DNA from: Bacteroidota bacterium
GTDB taxonomy: Bacteria; Bacteroidota; Bacteroidia; Chitinophagales; Saprospiraceae
DNA length: 64,000 bases
Direction of reading: 5' to 3'
Assembly (NCBI GenBank): GCA_041160955.1
Contig: JBEAVK010000445.1
Coordinates: 3,182 to 67,181, forward strand
Below the pieces are notes generated by a model that did no database searches, had not been told where the DNA came from, and worked only from the letters and a program-made list of their open reading frames with translations. This document shows, piece after piece, positions 1 through 9,100 of this stretch. Made by a program: the position numbers and the translations under genes. Positions within the stretch are counted from its first letter, which is position 1. The number at the start of each line of letters is the position of its first letter.

Positions 1-1031
1 CATGTGTTGCCGCCATCTACGGTGAGGTGGAGGGTGCCTACTGTACTCAGCGTATCAATGTATAAAAGATATGCTTTATTGGCATTTTGCTGTGAAATGA
101 CCAATCCTGTACGACCATTTTTGTGATTGGGTAAACCATTGGTCATTTGCGTCCACGTATTGCCACCATCTGCACTTTTATACACCTTTGAGTTGGGGCC
201 TGTTATAATGGATTCGGAGTTATTTCTGATCCGATCCCAAAAAGAGGCATACAAAATTTCAGGGTTGGAGGCACTCATCACCAAACTGCTACAACCTGCT
301 TGGTTACTGACAAACAGCACTTTTTGCCAGGTTTGGCCGCCATTGGTGGTTTTATACACCCCTCGTTCTTCGGTGCGGGTATAAGGATTGCCCATACTTG
401 CCACCCAAATGATTTGGGGGTTAGTGGGGTGTACAATTATTTTTGAAATAATACCCGCTTGGTTTAAGCCCAAATATTGCCAATTGCTGCCCGCATCGGT
501 ACTTTTATACACACCGTCGCCATTGTATAAAATGGATGGCATATTGACATCGCCGGTACCGGCATACGCGATATTGGGATTGGAGGGGTCAAAAGTGAGG
601 TGACCAATCGACAATTGCGGATAATCGTCAAAAACAGGTGTCCAGTTGTCACCAGCATCCGTACTTTTAAAAATGCCACCACCTGCAAAACCAATCAAAA
701 CGGTGTTTTCGTCATCGGGTTTAACGGCAATTGAATTGACCCTCCCTGCCACATTCGATGGGCCTTGTAGCGTCCATGGCGTATTAGAAACAATATCCGT
801 GGAGCATGGATCGCTATTGCGGGATGCTGCTGCAACCTCGTTTGTGGACTGAACGACCCGCCGCCATGCCCGCCAATCGAATACCGAATCAGGGTACGTG
901 CGTTGAAACGTAAAATGGTCGTAAGGCTCACTTTTGCGCTCGAGACTAGAGGGCAAAATAGTCGTTTTCGTAGTCCGGCATGCCGAAAAAACGATTAAAA
1001 TAAGTAGTGGAATAAATCGGTGTAGTATCAT
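1..1031 (-). CDS. BNR/Asp-box repeat beta-propeller lipoprotein (sortilin/VPS10-like), C-terminus lies beyond the window edge
   Basis: Absent from the ORF track because it has no stop in the window. My own minus-strand translation from ATG 1031-1029 reads MILHRFIPLLILIVFSAC... (lipoprotein-type signal, Cys18) and stays open to position 1. It carries four Asp boxes: KSTDAGDNW, KSTDAGSNW, KTTNGGQTW and KSADGGNTW. Confidence 0.75.
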   Translation of the reverse strand, partial: MILHRFIPLLILIVFSACRTTKTTILPSSLERKSEPYDHFTFQRTYPDSVFDWRAWRRVVQSTNEVAAASRNSDPCSTDIVSNTPWTLQGPSNVAGRVNSIAVKPDDENTVLIGFAGGGIFKSTDAGDNWTPVFDDYPQLSIGHLTFDPSNPNIAYAGTGDVNMPSILYNGDGVYKSTDAGSNWQYLGLNQAGIISKIIVHPTNPQIIWVASMGNPYTRTEERGVYKTTNGGQTWQKVLFVSNQAGCSSLVMSASNPEILYASFWDRIRNNSESIITGPNSKVYKSADGGNTWTQMTNGLPNHKNGRTGLVISQQNANKAYLLYIDTLSTVGTLHLTVDGGNT

Positions 1032-1073
1032 TTCGCGCAAAATTAAAAAACAACATTACCTTAGCGGCAAAAT

Positions 1074-1874
1074 ATGTACCATAATTTCAAAATGCTCGCT
1101 AAACAACACGTTAACGCATTTAAAAATGCACTCGTTCTCTTGGTTTTAACTGGATTTATTTACGCTTGTAAAAATGATCCTAAAGCAACAACTGTTGCAG
1201 CCCCCGCAACACCCGAAATTACACAAGAGTCTTTTAATAAATCGGAAGGCGATTGTGAGAAAAATTGCGTCAATTTTGAATTGCAGTACCCTGTCGTCAA
1301 AACGGGTAGTCCAGCACTCCGCGATGCAATAAAAAACTGGGTAGAAAACAGTGTAGCGGAGATGTGTGCCCAAACTGAAGATGGCACGATACCCAAAATG
1401 ACACTCGAACAGTCATCTGCTACATTTGTTGATCAGTGGAAAAGTAGCCAGTCTGAATTACCTTATGAGTTTGATTTAAAAGATTCCATTTTGATGTGCA
1501 ATGCTCAATATGTTACCCTCCGATTAGATATTTATATGTACACTGGTGGCGCGCATCCAAATTATTTTACCAAATTGGCCGTTTTTGATGCAACAAATGG
1601 TACTATTGTACCCAAATCTACGTTCATCAATGACGAACAAACGATTTTACCTTTGCTTGATATAGCGTATAAAGGTGAAAAAAGCGAGGCCTTTGCAGCA
1701 GGTAATGCGTATATGGATGGCCATATTGTCTTCCCTGAACAATGCGCATTTACCGAAAATGGTGTGCTTTTTCATTATAATACCTACGAAATTGCGCCCT
1801 ACGCCATGGGTGATGCTGATATTTTTATGACTTGGACTGATTTGGGGAGCGCAGCAACAAAATTAATAAAATAA
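1074..1874 (+). CDS. DUF3298/DUF4163-type lipoprotein
   Basis: ATG at 1074, with an alternative ATG at 1092. The N-terminus is lipoprotein-like (LVLLVLTGFIYAC, Cys32). The C-terminal half carries the DUF3298 hallmark YMYTGGAHPNYF. Confidence 0.6.
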   Translation: MYHNFKMLAKQHVNAFKNALVLLVLTGFIYACKNDPKATTVAAPATPEITQESFNKSEGDCEKNCVNFELQYPVVKTGSPALRDAIKNWVENSVAEMCAQTEDGTIPKMTLEQSSATFVDQWKSSQSELPYEFDLKDSILMCNAQYVTLRLDIYMYTGGAHPNYFTKLAVFDATNGTIVPKSTFINDEQTILPLLDIAYKGEKSEAFAAGNAYMDGHIVFPEQCAFTENGVLFHYNTYEIAPYAMGDADIFMTWTDLGSAATKLIK

Positions 1875-1910
1875 TACACTTATATTAAATCCATAAAACG
1901 CGCATATACT

Positions 1911-2369
1911 ATGTTCCGAATAATTGTAATATTCACTCTTGTTTTCTCCTCTTTTGCCACATTATCGGCGCAAGATGATAAAATTAAAAAGTCTGCTGGT
2001 CCAGAAGCCATAGCACCTCCTATGCCAGATGCTGGAGGTGATAGTTTAATGGTCACTATTATCCTAAAGTACCAACAAGACAAATCATTTGCCGAACTAC
2101 GCCGATTACTCGAAGCCAATGGTTTTTGGGATGTGTTCCCGCCTGCCGATTCCCGTGTAATATCTTGGAATGTTGCCGTAGGACTAGGTCATATTATTAG
2201 CCTTCAAATGCCTGCTGATGGTGTACGTCGTTTGTATTTGGCTGTATCCAATGGTGCTTGGGGCGCATTCAATAGCGAGGTGTTTATGACGTATGATTAT
2301 AAACCTATTTGGGAGGATTATATCGAACGCCGAGAAGATGCAAAAGCAGAACGGGAGGATGATAAGTAG
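1911..2369 (+). CDS. small secreted protein of unknown function
   Basis: 152-aa ORF with signal peptide MFRIIVIFTLVFSSFATLSAQ and an acidic tail EDYIERREDAKAEREDDK. It starts 36 nt after the upstream gene and ends 25 nt before the barstar homologue. I recognise no family. Confidence 0.5.
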   Translation: MFRIIVIFTLVFSSFATLSAQDDKIKKSAGPEAIAPPMPDAGGDSLMVTIILKYQQDKSFAELRRLLEANGFWDVFPPADSRVISWNVAVGLGHIISLQMPADGVRRLYLAVSNGAWGAFNSEVFMTYDYKPIWEDYIERREDAKAEREDDK

Positions 2370-2394
2370 GTATAAATTATCAAATTAAAATGTC

Positions 2395-2748
2395 ATGAAA
2401 ATTATAGAGAAAAGTAAGTTGCCAGCCTTTGGCACGGATACTTTTGTTGCCCATCTCGATGGTGCTAAAATAGGGACTTTACGTGCTTTTTACCCGAGGA
2501 TTAGCAAATCTTTGCATTTTCCGGATCATTTTGGCAAAAACATGGATGCCCTTTTCGATTGCCTTTGCGATTTGCAAGGTATTGATATCAAATTAAAAAA
2601 AACGGCACTTGTCATTAATAATGCGGCACTATTTTTATCCAAGGAAAAAGTGGACAAAAAGGCCGCAGTATTGCAAGTGCTCCAAGATGCTACCCAAGCA
2701 GATAATCGGTACGACGAATTTTCTTTTGCCGTTTATTTTGTCCAATAA
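2395..2748 (+). CDS. barstar-family ribonuclease inhibitor / immunity protein
   Basis: Collinear with Bacillus barstar as I recall it: HFPDHFGKNMDALFDCLCDL versus LPEYYGENLDALWDCLTGW, and VLQVLQDA versus VLQVFREA. No signal peptide, so it should be cytoplasmic. Confidence 0.8.
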   Translation: MKIIEKSKLPAFGTDTFVAHLDGAKIGTLRAFYPRISKSLHFPDHFGKNMDALFDCLCDLQGIDIKLKKTALVINNAALFLSKEKVDKKAAVLQVLQDATQADNRYDEFSFAVYFVQ

Positions 2749-2788
2749 TTTTACACTCACTTTTTATTATTAATTGCGTTCCTAAGTA

Positions 2789-4942
2789 ATGTTTAAACGT
2801 TCTCTTTCCATACTCCCGCTCTTTTTTTCTGTTTTTATTGGTGCCCAAGGCGGCATGTGGTTGCCACTTGATTTAAAAAATCAAAATGAAAAAGAAATGA
2901 AATCATTGGGGCTTAAACTAAAGGCCACCGATATTTACAATCCCGACAAACCCAGCATTAAAGATGCTATTTGCCAATTTAACGGCGGTTGTACAGGAGA
3001 AATTATTTCCCCTCAAGGGCTTATGCTCACCAACCACCACTGCGGGTTCGATGAAATTCAAAGCCATTCTACCTTGGAGCATAATTATGTGGACGACGGT
3101 TTTTGGGCCACTACTCAAAAAGAGGAACTCCCCTGCCCCGATGCGACGGCCATGTTTGTACGTCGTATGGAAGATGTAACCATTACGGTTTTAAAAGGTA
3201 TCTCTAACGATATGGGCGAACGGGAGCGGCAATCTATGATTGACCAAAATATTAAAGATTTGCGTGGACGTACCCGTCTGCAAAAAGGAGAAGATATATT
3301 GATTCGTGCTTTTTATGAAGGTAATAAATATTATATGTTTATCACGGTCACGTATAAAGATATACGCTTGGTGGGCGCGCCACCTTCATCAATCGGTAAA
3401 TTTGGGGCAGATACCGACAACTGGGTTTGGCCTAGGCATACCGGCGATTTTTCTATGTTCCGAGTATATATGAGTCCTGATAGCCTTCCTGCTGCCTATT
3501 CAGAAAAAAATATTCCGCTGATCCCGCGTCATTTTTTACCCATTTCGATCAAAGGTGTGGAAGAAGGTGATTTCACTATGGTCTATGGTTTTCCAGGTAG
3601 AACCACCGAGTATTTGCCGGCTGTGGCTGTTAAGCAAACTAGCGATGTACTCAATCCTGCTCGCGTAGGTGTGCGCGATCAAGCACTAAAAATAATGGAT
3701 GGTTATATGCGTAGCGACCCAGGTGTAAAAATTGCTTATGTTGCCAAACAATCTAGTATTGCCAATGCTTGGAAAAAATGGATGGGTGAAATGCAGGGTC
3801 TGAAAAAATACAATGCTTACGAGAAGAAAAAGGCTTTTGAAGCCGATTTTTCAAGCCGTGTCAAAAATAGTATTGATCTCAATTTTAAATATGGCAATTT
3901 GTTGGAGCGTATGGAGGTGCAATACGCTAATATAGAGCAATACGCTCGCACGCGCGACTACTATTTAGAAGTATTTGTACGCAATACCGAAATTAACGCT
4001 TTGGTCGCTAGCCTAAATGGCTGGATTGAATCATACACCAAATCGGGAACACCTGGATTTGCTGCTAAAATTGGGAGTACCCGCGAGAGTTTAAAAGGGT
4101 TTTACAAAGACTACCGCCCAGAGGTAGATCAAGATATATTTGCCGCATTGACTGAAATTTACGCCAAAAACGTACCTGCCGAATGGGGTGGTACTACCGT
4201 GAAAACAGCCGCTGAAGCAAAAGGGGGGTATAAAGGTTTTGCAGCATATATTTTCCAAAACAGTGCATTGACCGATGAAAAACGCGCCATGGCATTATTA
4301 GAAAAAAGCCCTGCTGATATTGCCACCGCTTTAGAAAAAGACCCTGCTGTCGTATTTTGGCGGGCTGTAACCAAAGATTATGATGCCGCAGTTGCTCCAA
4401 AAATACGCGAAATTCAACCAGTAATTACCTCTATGCAACGCCAATATATGGCTGCGCAAATGGAAGTATTCAAAGAAAAACGCTTTTTCCCCGATGCCAA
4501 TAGCACCCTTCGCCTCACATATGGACAAGTAAAGGCATTCCGCCCTAAAGATGCTGTGATTTACGATTATCGTACTTACCTAGAAGGCGTAATGGAAAAG
4601 TATATCCCCGGCGATTACGAATTTGATGTACCTAAAAAACTCATAACCCTTTATCAAACAAAGGATTATGGACGTTATGCGACAAAAGATGGCCGTATGC
4701 CCGTTGCGTTTTTAGGTTCCAACCATACCACTGGTGGTAATTCAGGAAGCCCTGCATTGGATGGAAAAGGAAACCTGGTTGGCCTCAATTTTGATCGTGT
4801 ATGGGAAGGCACCATGAGCGATATCAATTACGATCCTGCAATTTGTCGGAATATTATGGTCGATATTCGGTATGTCTTATTTATTGTGGATAAATATGCT
4901 GGCGCAACGCGGTTGATCAATGAAATGAAAATTATAAAATGA
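2789..4942 (+). CDS. S46 family serine peptidase (DPP7/DPP11-type dipeptidyl-peptidase)
   Basis: Signal peptide followed by GGMWLP. Catalytic His motif LTNHHCG and catalytic Ser motif GGNSGSPALDGKGNLVGLNFD. The 717-aa length is typical of S46 peptidases. Confidence 0.9.
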   Translation: MFKRSLSILPLFFSVFIGAQGGMWLPLDLKNQNEKEMKSLGLKLKATDIYNPDKPSIKDAICQFNGGCTGEIISPQGLMLTNHHCGFDEIQSHSTLEHNYVDDGFWATTQKEELPCPDATAMFVRRMEDVTITVLKGISNDMGERERQSMIDQNIKDLRGRTRLQKGEDILIRAFYEGNKYYMFITVTYKDIRLVGAPPSSIGKFGADTDNWVWPRHTGDFSMFRVYMSPDSLPAAYSEKNIPLIPRHFLPISIKGVEEGDFTMVYGFPGRTTEYLPAVAVKQTSDVLNPARVGVRDQALKIMDGYMRSDPGVKIAYVAKQSSIANAWKKWMGEMQGLKKYNAYEKKKAFEADFSSRVKNSIDLNFKYGNLLERMEVQYANIEQYARTRDYYLEVFVRNTEINALVASLNGWIESYTKSGTPGFAAKIGSTRESLKGFYKDYRPEVDQDIFAALTEIYAKNVPAEWGGTTVKTAAEAKGGYKGFAAYIFQNSALTDEKRAMALLEKSPADIATALEKDPAVVFWRAVTKDYDAAVAPKIREIQPVITSMQRQYMAAQMEVFKEKRFFPDANSTLRLTYGQVKAFRPKDAVIYDYRTYLEGVMEKYIPGDYEFDVPKKLITLYQTKDYGRYATKDGRMPVAFLGSNHTTGGNSGSPALDGKGNLVGLNFDRVWEGTMSDINYDPAICRNIMVDIRYVLFIVDKYAGATRLINEMKIIK

Positions 4943-6036
4943 GTTTTCTTACCTACGGCGCACGTGTACACGCAGATACTGTAACGCGCTTAATTGAGCA
5001 TAATATTCAAATTATGCGCACCCAAACAGGCGATGCGCGCCCAACACCAATATGTATTTGGGGCTTGCATGGTATTGGTAAAACAGAACTGGTAAAAGGT
5101 ATTGCTAAGCGCCTCAACGCGCCTTTGGTTTATGTCGCTCCTGCTCAATTTGAAGAAATGGGCGATCTGATCGGGATGCCTCGTATTGATGGAAATGTGA
5201 CCAAGTTTACACCTCCCGACTGGGTACCTACCCAAGATGGGCCGGGTATCCTGCTCCTAGATGATGTGAACCGCGCTGATGACCGTATCCTGCGTGGTAT
5301 CATGCAATTATTGCAATACTATGAATTGGTATCTTGGGCATTGCCCAAACGCTGGTTAATTATCCTAACGGCCAATCCCGACGGTGGCGACTATTCCGTT
5401 ACCCCCCTCGACGATGCTATGCTCAATCGTATGCTGCATATCACTATGGACTTTAATGCCGCTATTTGGGCGCAATGGGCCGAAAAAGCAGGTGTGGACG
5501 AACGAGGTATCTACTTTGTACTTGCATATCCCGAATTGGTGAATGGCAAACGAACTACGCCGCGCTCTTTGGTGCAATTCTTTGATCTTATCGCACCTTT
5601 TGACGACCTTAATGCTGAATTGCCGATGATTAAAATACTCGGCGAGTCGTGCCTTGATACCGAAACAGTACAAACCTTTGTCAATTTTGTACACCTCAAA
5701 CTCGACAAAATACCGGGGCCAGAACAAATTATAGATGGTGAAAACTTTGAGCAAGCAACAGGCCATATCAAACGATTGGTCAATGATGGTACCGTTCAGA
5801 GACTTGATATTTTATCAGTAGTCATTTCAAGGTTGATTAATTACCTGCTTTCGCGCTCCAATACACTTTCTGAAGCACAACTCGCTCAGGTAGCCAAGTT
5901 TATTCTACTCGATTTTATACCCAACGACCTCCGCTTGAGTATGGCACAAGAACTCGTCTCTACTAAACACCCAACGCCACTGTCGGGCTTGTACGCAAAT
6001 CCTGAAATTGGAAAATTGTTATTGACTAAAATGTAA
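4939..6036 (+). CDS. AAA+ ATPase (AAA_5 / MoxR-dynein-like), function unknown
   Basis: Walker A GLHGIGKT, Walker B ILLLDDVNRAD, followed by ILTANP. The C-terminal ~170 aa are helical with no recognisable domain. The ATG overlaps the S46 stop (ATGA at 4939-4942). Confidence 0.8.
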   Translation: MSFLTYGARVHADTVTRLIEHNIQIMRTQTGDARPTPICIWGLHGIGKTELVKGIAKRLNAPLVYVAPAQFEEMGDLIGMPRIDGNVTKFTPPDWVPTQDGPGILLLDDVNRADDRILRGIMQLLQYYELVSWALPKRWLIILTANPDGGDYSVTPLDDAMLNRMLHITMDFNAAIWAQWAEKAGVDERGIYFVLAYPELVNGKRTTPRSLVQFFDLIAPFDDLNAELPMIKILGESCLDTETVQTFVNFVHLKLDKIPGPEQIIDGENFEQATGHIKRLVNDGTVQRLDILSVVISRLINYLLSRSNTLSEAQLAQVAKFILLDFIPNDLRLSMAQELVSTKHPTPLSGLYANPEIGKLLLTKM

Positions 6037-6078
6037 GGAACGATAAAAGCATAAGTTGTCGTTTTATCATTCCTAAGG

Positions 6079-6118
6079 CAAAAAAGCGGGCCGCCCTGTT
6101 CATCTACAGAGCGGCCCG
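6079..6118 (-). terminator. rho-independent terminator downstream of the giant DUF4397 gene
   Basis: 8-bp GC stem cgggccgc (6087-6094) / gcggcccg (6111-6118) with a 16-nt loop. The A-run at 6080-6085 on the + strand is a T-run after the hairpin on the - strand. It lies between convergent genes. Confidence 0.55.
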
Positions 6119-6156
6119 TGTCATTAATAATATATTTGACTTCTTACTTTAGCGAA

Positions 6157-9100
6157 TTAACGTTGTACTGCAAACCGCACCACTTGCTGACCAGCATCCG
6201 ATACGATTTCTAACATGTACATACCTGAACTTAGACTCGAAACTTCCAATTGCTCGAAATAAGTACCGCTACTTACAGTACCCCAATCACCTTCCATCAC
6301 TAAGCGACCTGTCATGTCTTGAACGCGGTAACGCAAATCCTCGCTTGCGCTAAGGTTGAATTTCACCGACAAGATATCCGAAGTTGGATTAGGCGCTAAT
6401 TGTAATTGAGATAGTTTGTCGTCCAATTCATTGGTATTCACAAACAATGGCAACGGGAAGGTCGTACCATCAGCCAATGCAACCCATGGTGCAAAACCTG
6501 GTGCTCCTGCGGCAGGTGCCAAATAACCAGAAGCAAAAACAGTGATCGCCTCGCCAGCAATTGGCGCAATATTGGCTACATAACTAGCAATTATATTACT
6601 ATTGTCATTCGCAGGTGTTACGCTCAAAATATACTGCGCTGGCGGTACACTGATATAAGGCATGAACTCCCCAAATTGTACATTATCAAAAACTGGTGTG
6701 CCATTAGGCAGCGTAATATCCACTTCTGGTGCATCTGGTGCGCCATGGAACAATGCAATATCCACTGTCGCAGGATCATTAGCACGGAAACGACCACTTT
6801 CGTTGACGTACAACTTGAATGGCGTAGCAGCATTACCAACAACACCCGCAGCGACAATAACATAAGTTTTGCCCGTTCTTAGGCCAGGTACTGCTAAAGT
6901 ATAGATAGCCTCGTCAGCATTAGTACTGTTTTCAGGTGCAACACCCAATTCAAAAGCAGTTTCTGATGGTAATAAACCAAAACCAGTAGCATCGCGGAAA
7001 CTAAAATCGTTGATAATATTGGTAGTATCTAAATACACATCCACCGTTGGACTTGGTGAATTATGAATCACTTGCACCCTAGAGTACGATGGTATCTCAA
7101 TTACAAATCCGTCTGGAGTGGCTAAGAATAAACTAAATCCAGGTTGACCATTCAATAATCCGCTGGCAAATACAACACCCGAAAAGCCTTCTAAACCAGC
7201 GAAATCGGCACCGTAAGTACCTGCTAAAATACTTGGATTGGCAGAAGCCTGTACATCAAATATAATTTCACCTGCATCAAGCGCAACATAATTTGTAAAG
7301 TCGCCATAAGCCAAATCCGTTAATAGCGGAGTAGTGGAACCAACGGGCACTAAATCTACTGGTGGAGCGTCAGTTGCACCGTGCAAAATAGCCAATTCCA
7401 ATTTGGTTTGATCCGCTGCTGTTTCACGACCTTGAGCATTTACAATCAGAGTAAATGGTGTAGTTGCATTACCTACAATACCGGATGCTGCTACAATATA
7501 CGACTTTCCATTTTCCAATGTAACAGGGAAATTTACAAGGGTATCAGTTGCTGATTGGCTATTACCCGCTGCTATACCTAGGTTTATTTCTGCACCAGCA
7601 GGCAAATAAACAAATGGAGTGGCTTGCCTAAATTCAAAATCTTCAATTAGGATCTCACCATCCAAATACACATCCACCACTGGCTCTGGGCTATTGTGGA
7701 TCACTTGTACCCGCGCCAGTCCTTGAGATGGCAATGGAACAACTGTACCATCGGCCAAAGCAGCATATAAACCAAATGCTGGTGTACCTCCAAGGATACC
7801 ACTTGCAAATATTCTAATGGCTTCACCACTCAATGCCGACAAATTAGCGATATAAGTTGCAACAATCGGATCTGTTCCGGCTGCTTTTACATCTAAAACA
7901 TAGGTAATTGGTGGTACATTCAAATAAGGTGTGTTTTCACCAAATGCTAAATTCTCTACAATTGGGCCACCTAAACGCTCTACAATATCTACCGCTGGTG
8001 CGCCCGGTGCACCGTGGAATGCGCTAAACGAAACTGTACCCACTGGAGCAGCCTCCAAAGCATCATCATAAACATACAAATTGAACGGATTTGCAGCATT
8101 ACCTACAATACCGGCTGCAATAATAGTATAACTTTTCGCTGCATCTAAATTAACTGCATAAGAAACAATAGTATCTGCAACAGAACCACTTGTGCCTAGT
8201 GCAATACCAAGACTAAATGGACGACCAGCTGGTACATCTACAAATGGAGTAGCCGTGCGGAACGCAAAATCATTGAGTAACCGCGTATTACCTGCATAAA
8301 CATCTACCGTTGGGCTAGGTGAATTATGAATCACCTGAACGCGTGTAGTGGGAGTAATAGGTAATGTCAAAACCGTTCCATCGGCCAATACGGCCAATAG
8401 ACCAAACGGATTAGTTAAACTTCCTACTAAACCACTGGCCAATACATAAGCCGATTGTCCAGCCAAACCAGAAAGATTGGCGCGGAAAGTAGCCACTACT
8501 GCTGGGTTACCTGCTGGGCGAATTGCAAAATCATAAATAGCCGGATCTAGGCTCAAATAAGGTGTAAATGCACCATAAGCCAAGTCCGAAATTACGTTAC
8601 CTGTAAATACTTCATCTACGTCCACATTAGGCGCGTTAGGTGAACCGTGTAATACTGCAATATCTACTTTTGAAGGCGTGCTAGCCGTTTCTCTTGCCGT
8701 AGCGTTTACATTCAGAGTAAATGGCGTTGTTGTATTACCCAAAACACCCGATGCTGTTACGATATAAGTACCATTAGCATCCAAAATGGCAGGGAAATTA
8801 GCAATAGTATCGTTTACAGAAGTACTATTGGCCGCTGCAATACCAATATTCAATACTACGCCAGCATCTACTGTGATAAATGGCGTTGCAGAACGATACG
8901 TAAAATCATTGAGTTGTAAAGCTCCGTTAATATACACGTCCACCGTTGGATTGGGTGAATTATGGATCACTTGTAACCTTGCAGTTTCTGCAACTGGTGG
9001 TGTACCAAGTGGTAACTGAACCACTGTACCATCTACCAATGCCGCATACAAACCAAATGCAGGCGTTCCGCCCAAAATACCACTAGCAAATACACGAATT

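Noticed and set aside
127-931. Six short track ORFs on both strands (127-384, 388-603, 464-694, 646-852, 695-931, and 934-1149 just outside the span).
   Set aside because: All overlap the long minus-strand BNR/Asp-box reading frame, which runs open from 1031 to the window edge. They have no protein-like motifs and are frame shadows.
1911-2369. Calling the small secreted protein a barnase-family RNase because it precedes barstar.
   Set aside because: Only short, weak collinear matches to barnase are visible, and the catalytic Glu/His contexts are missing. It is kept as a hypothesis in the findings, not as an annotation.
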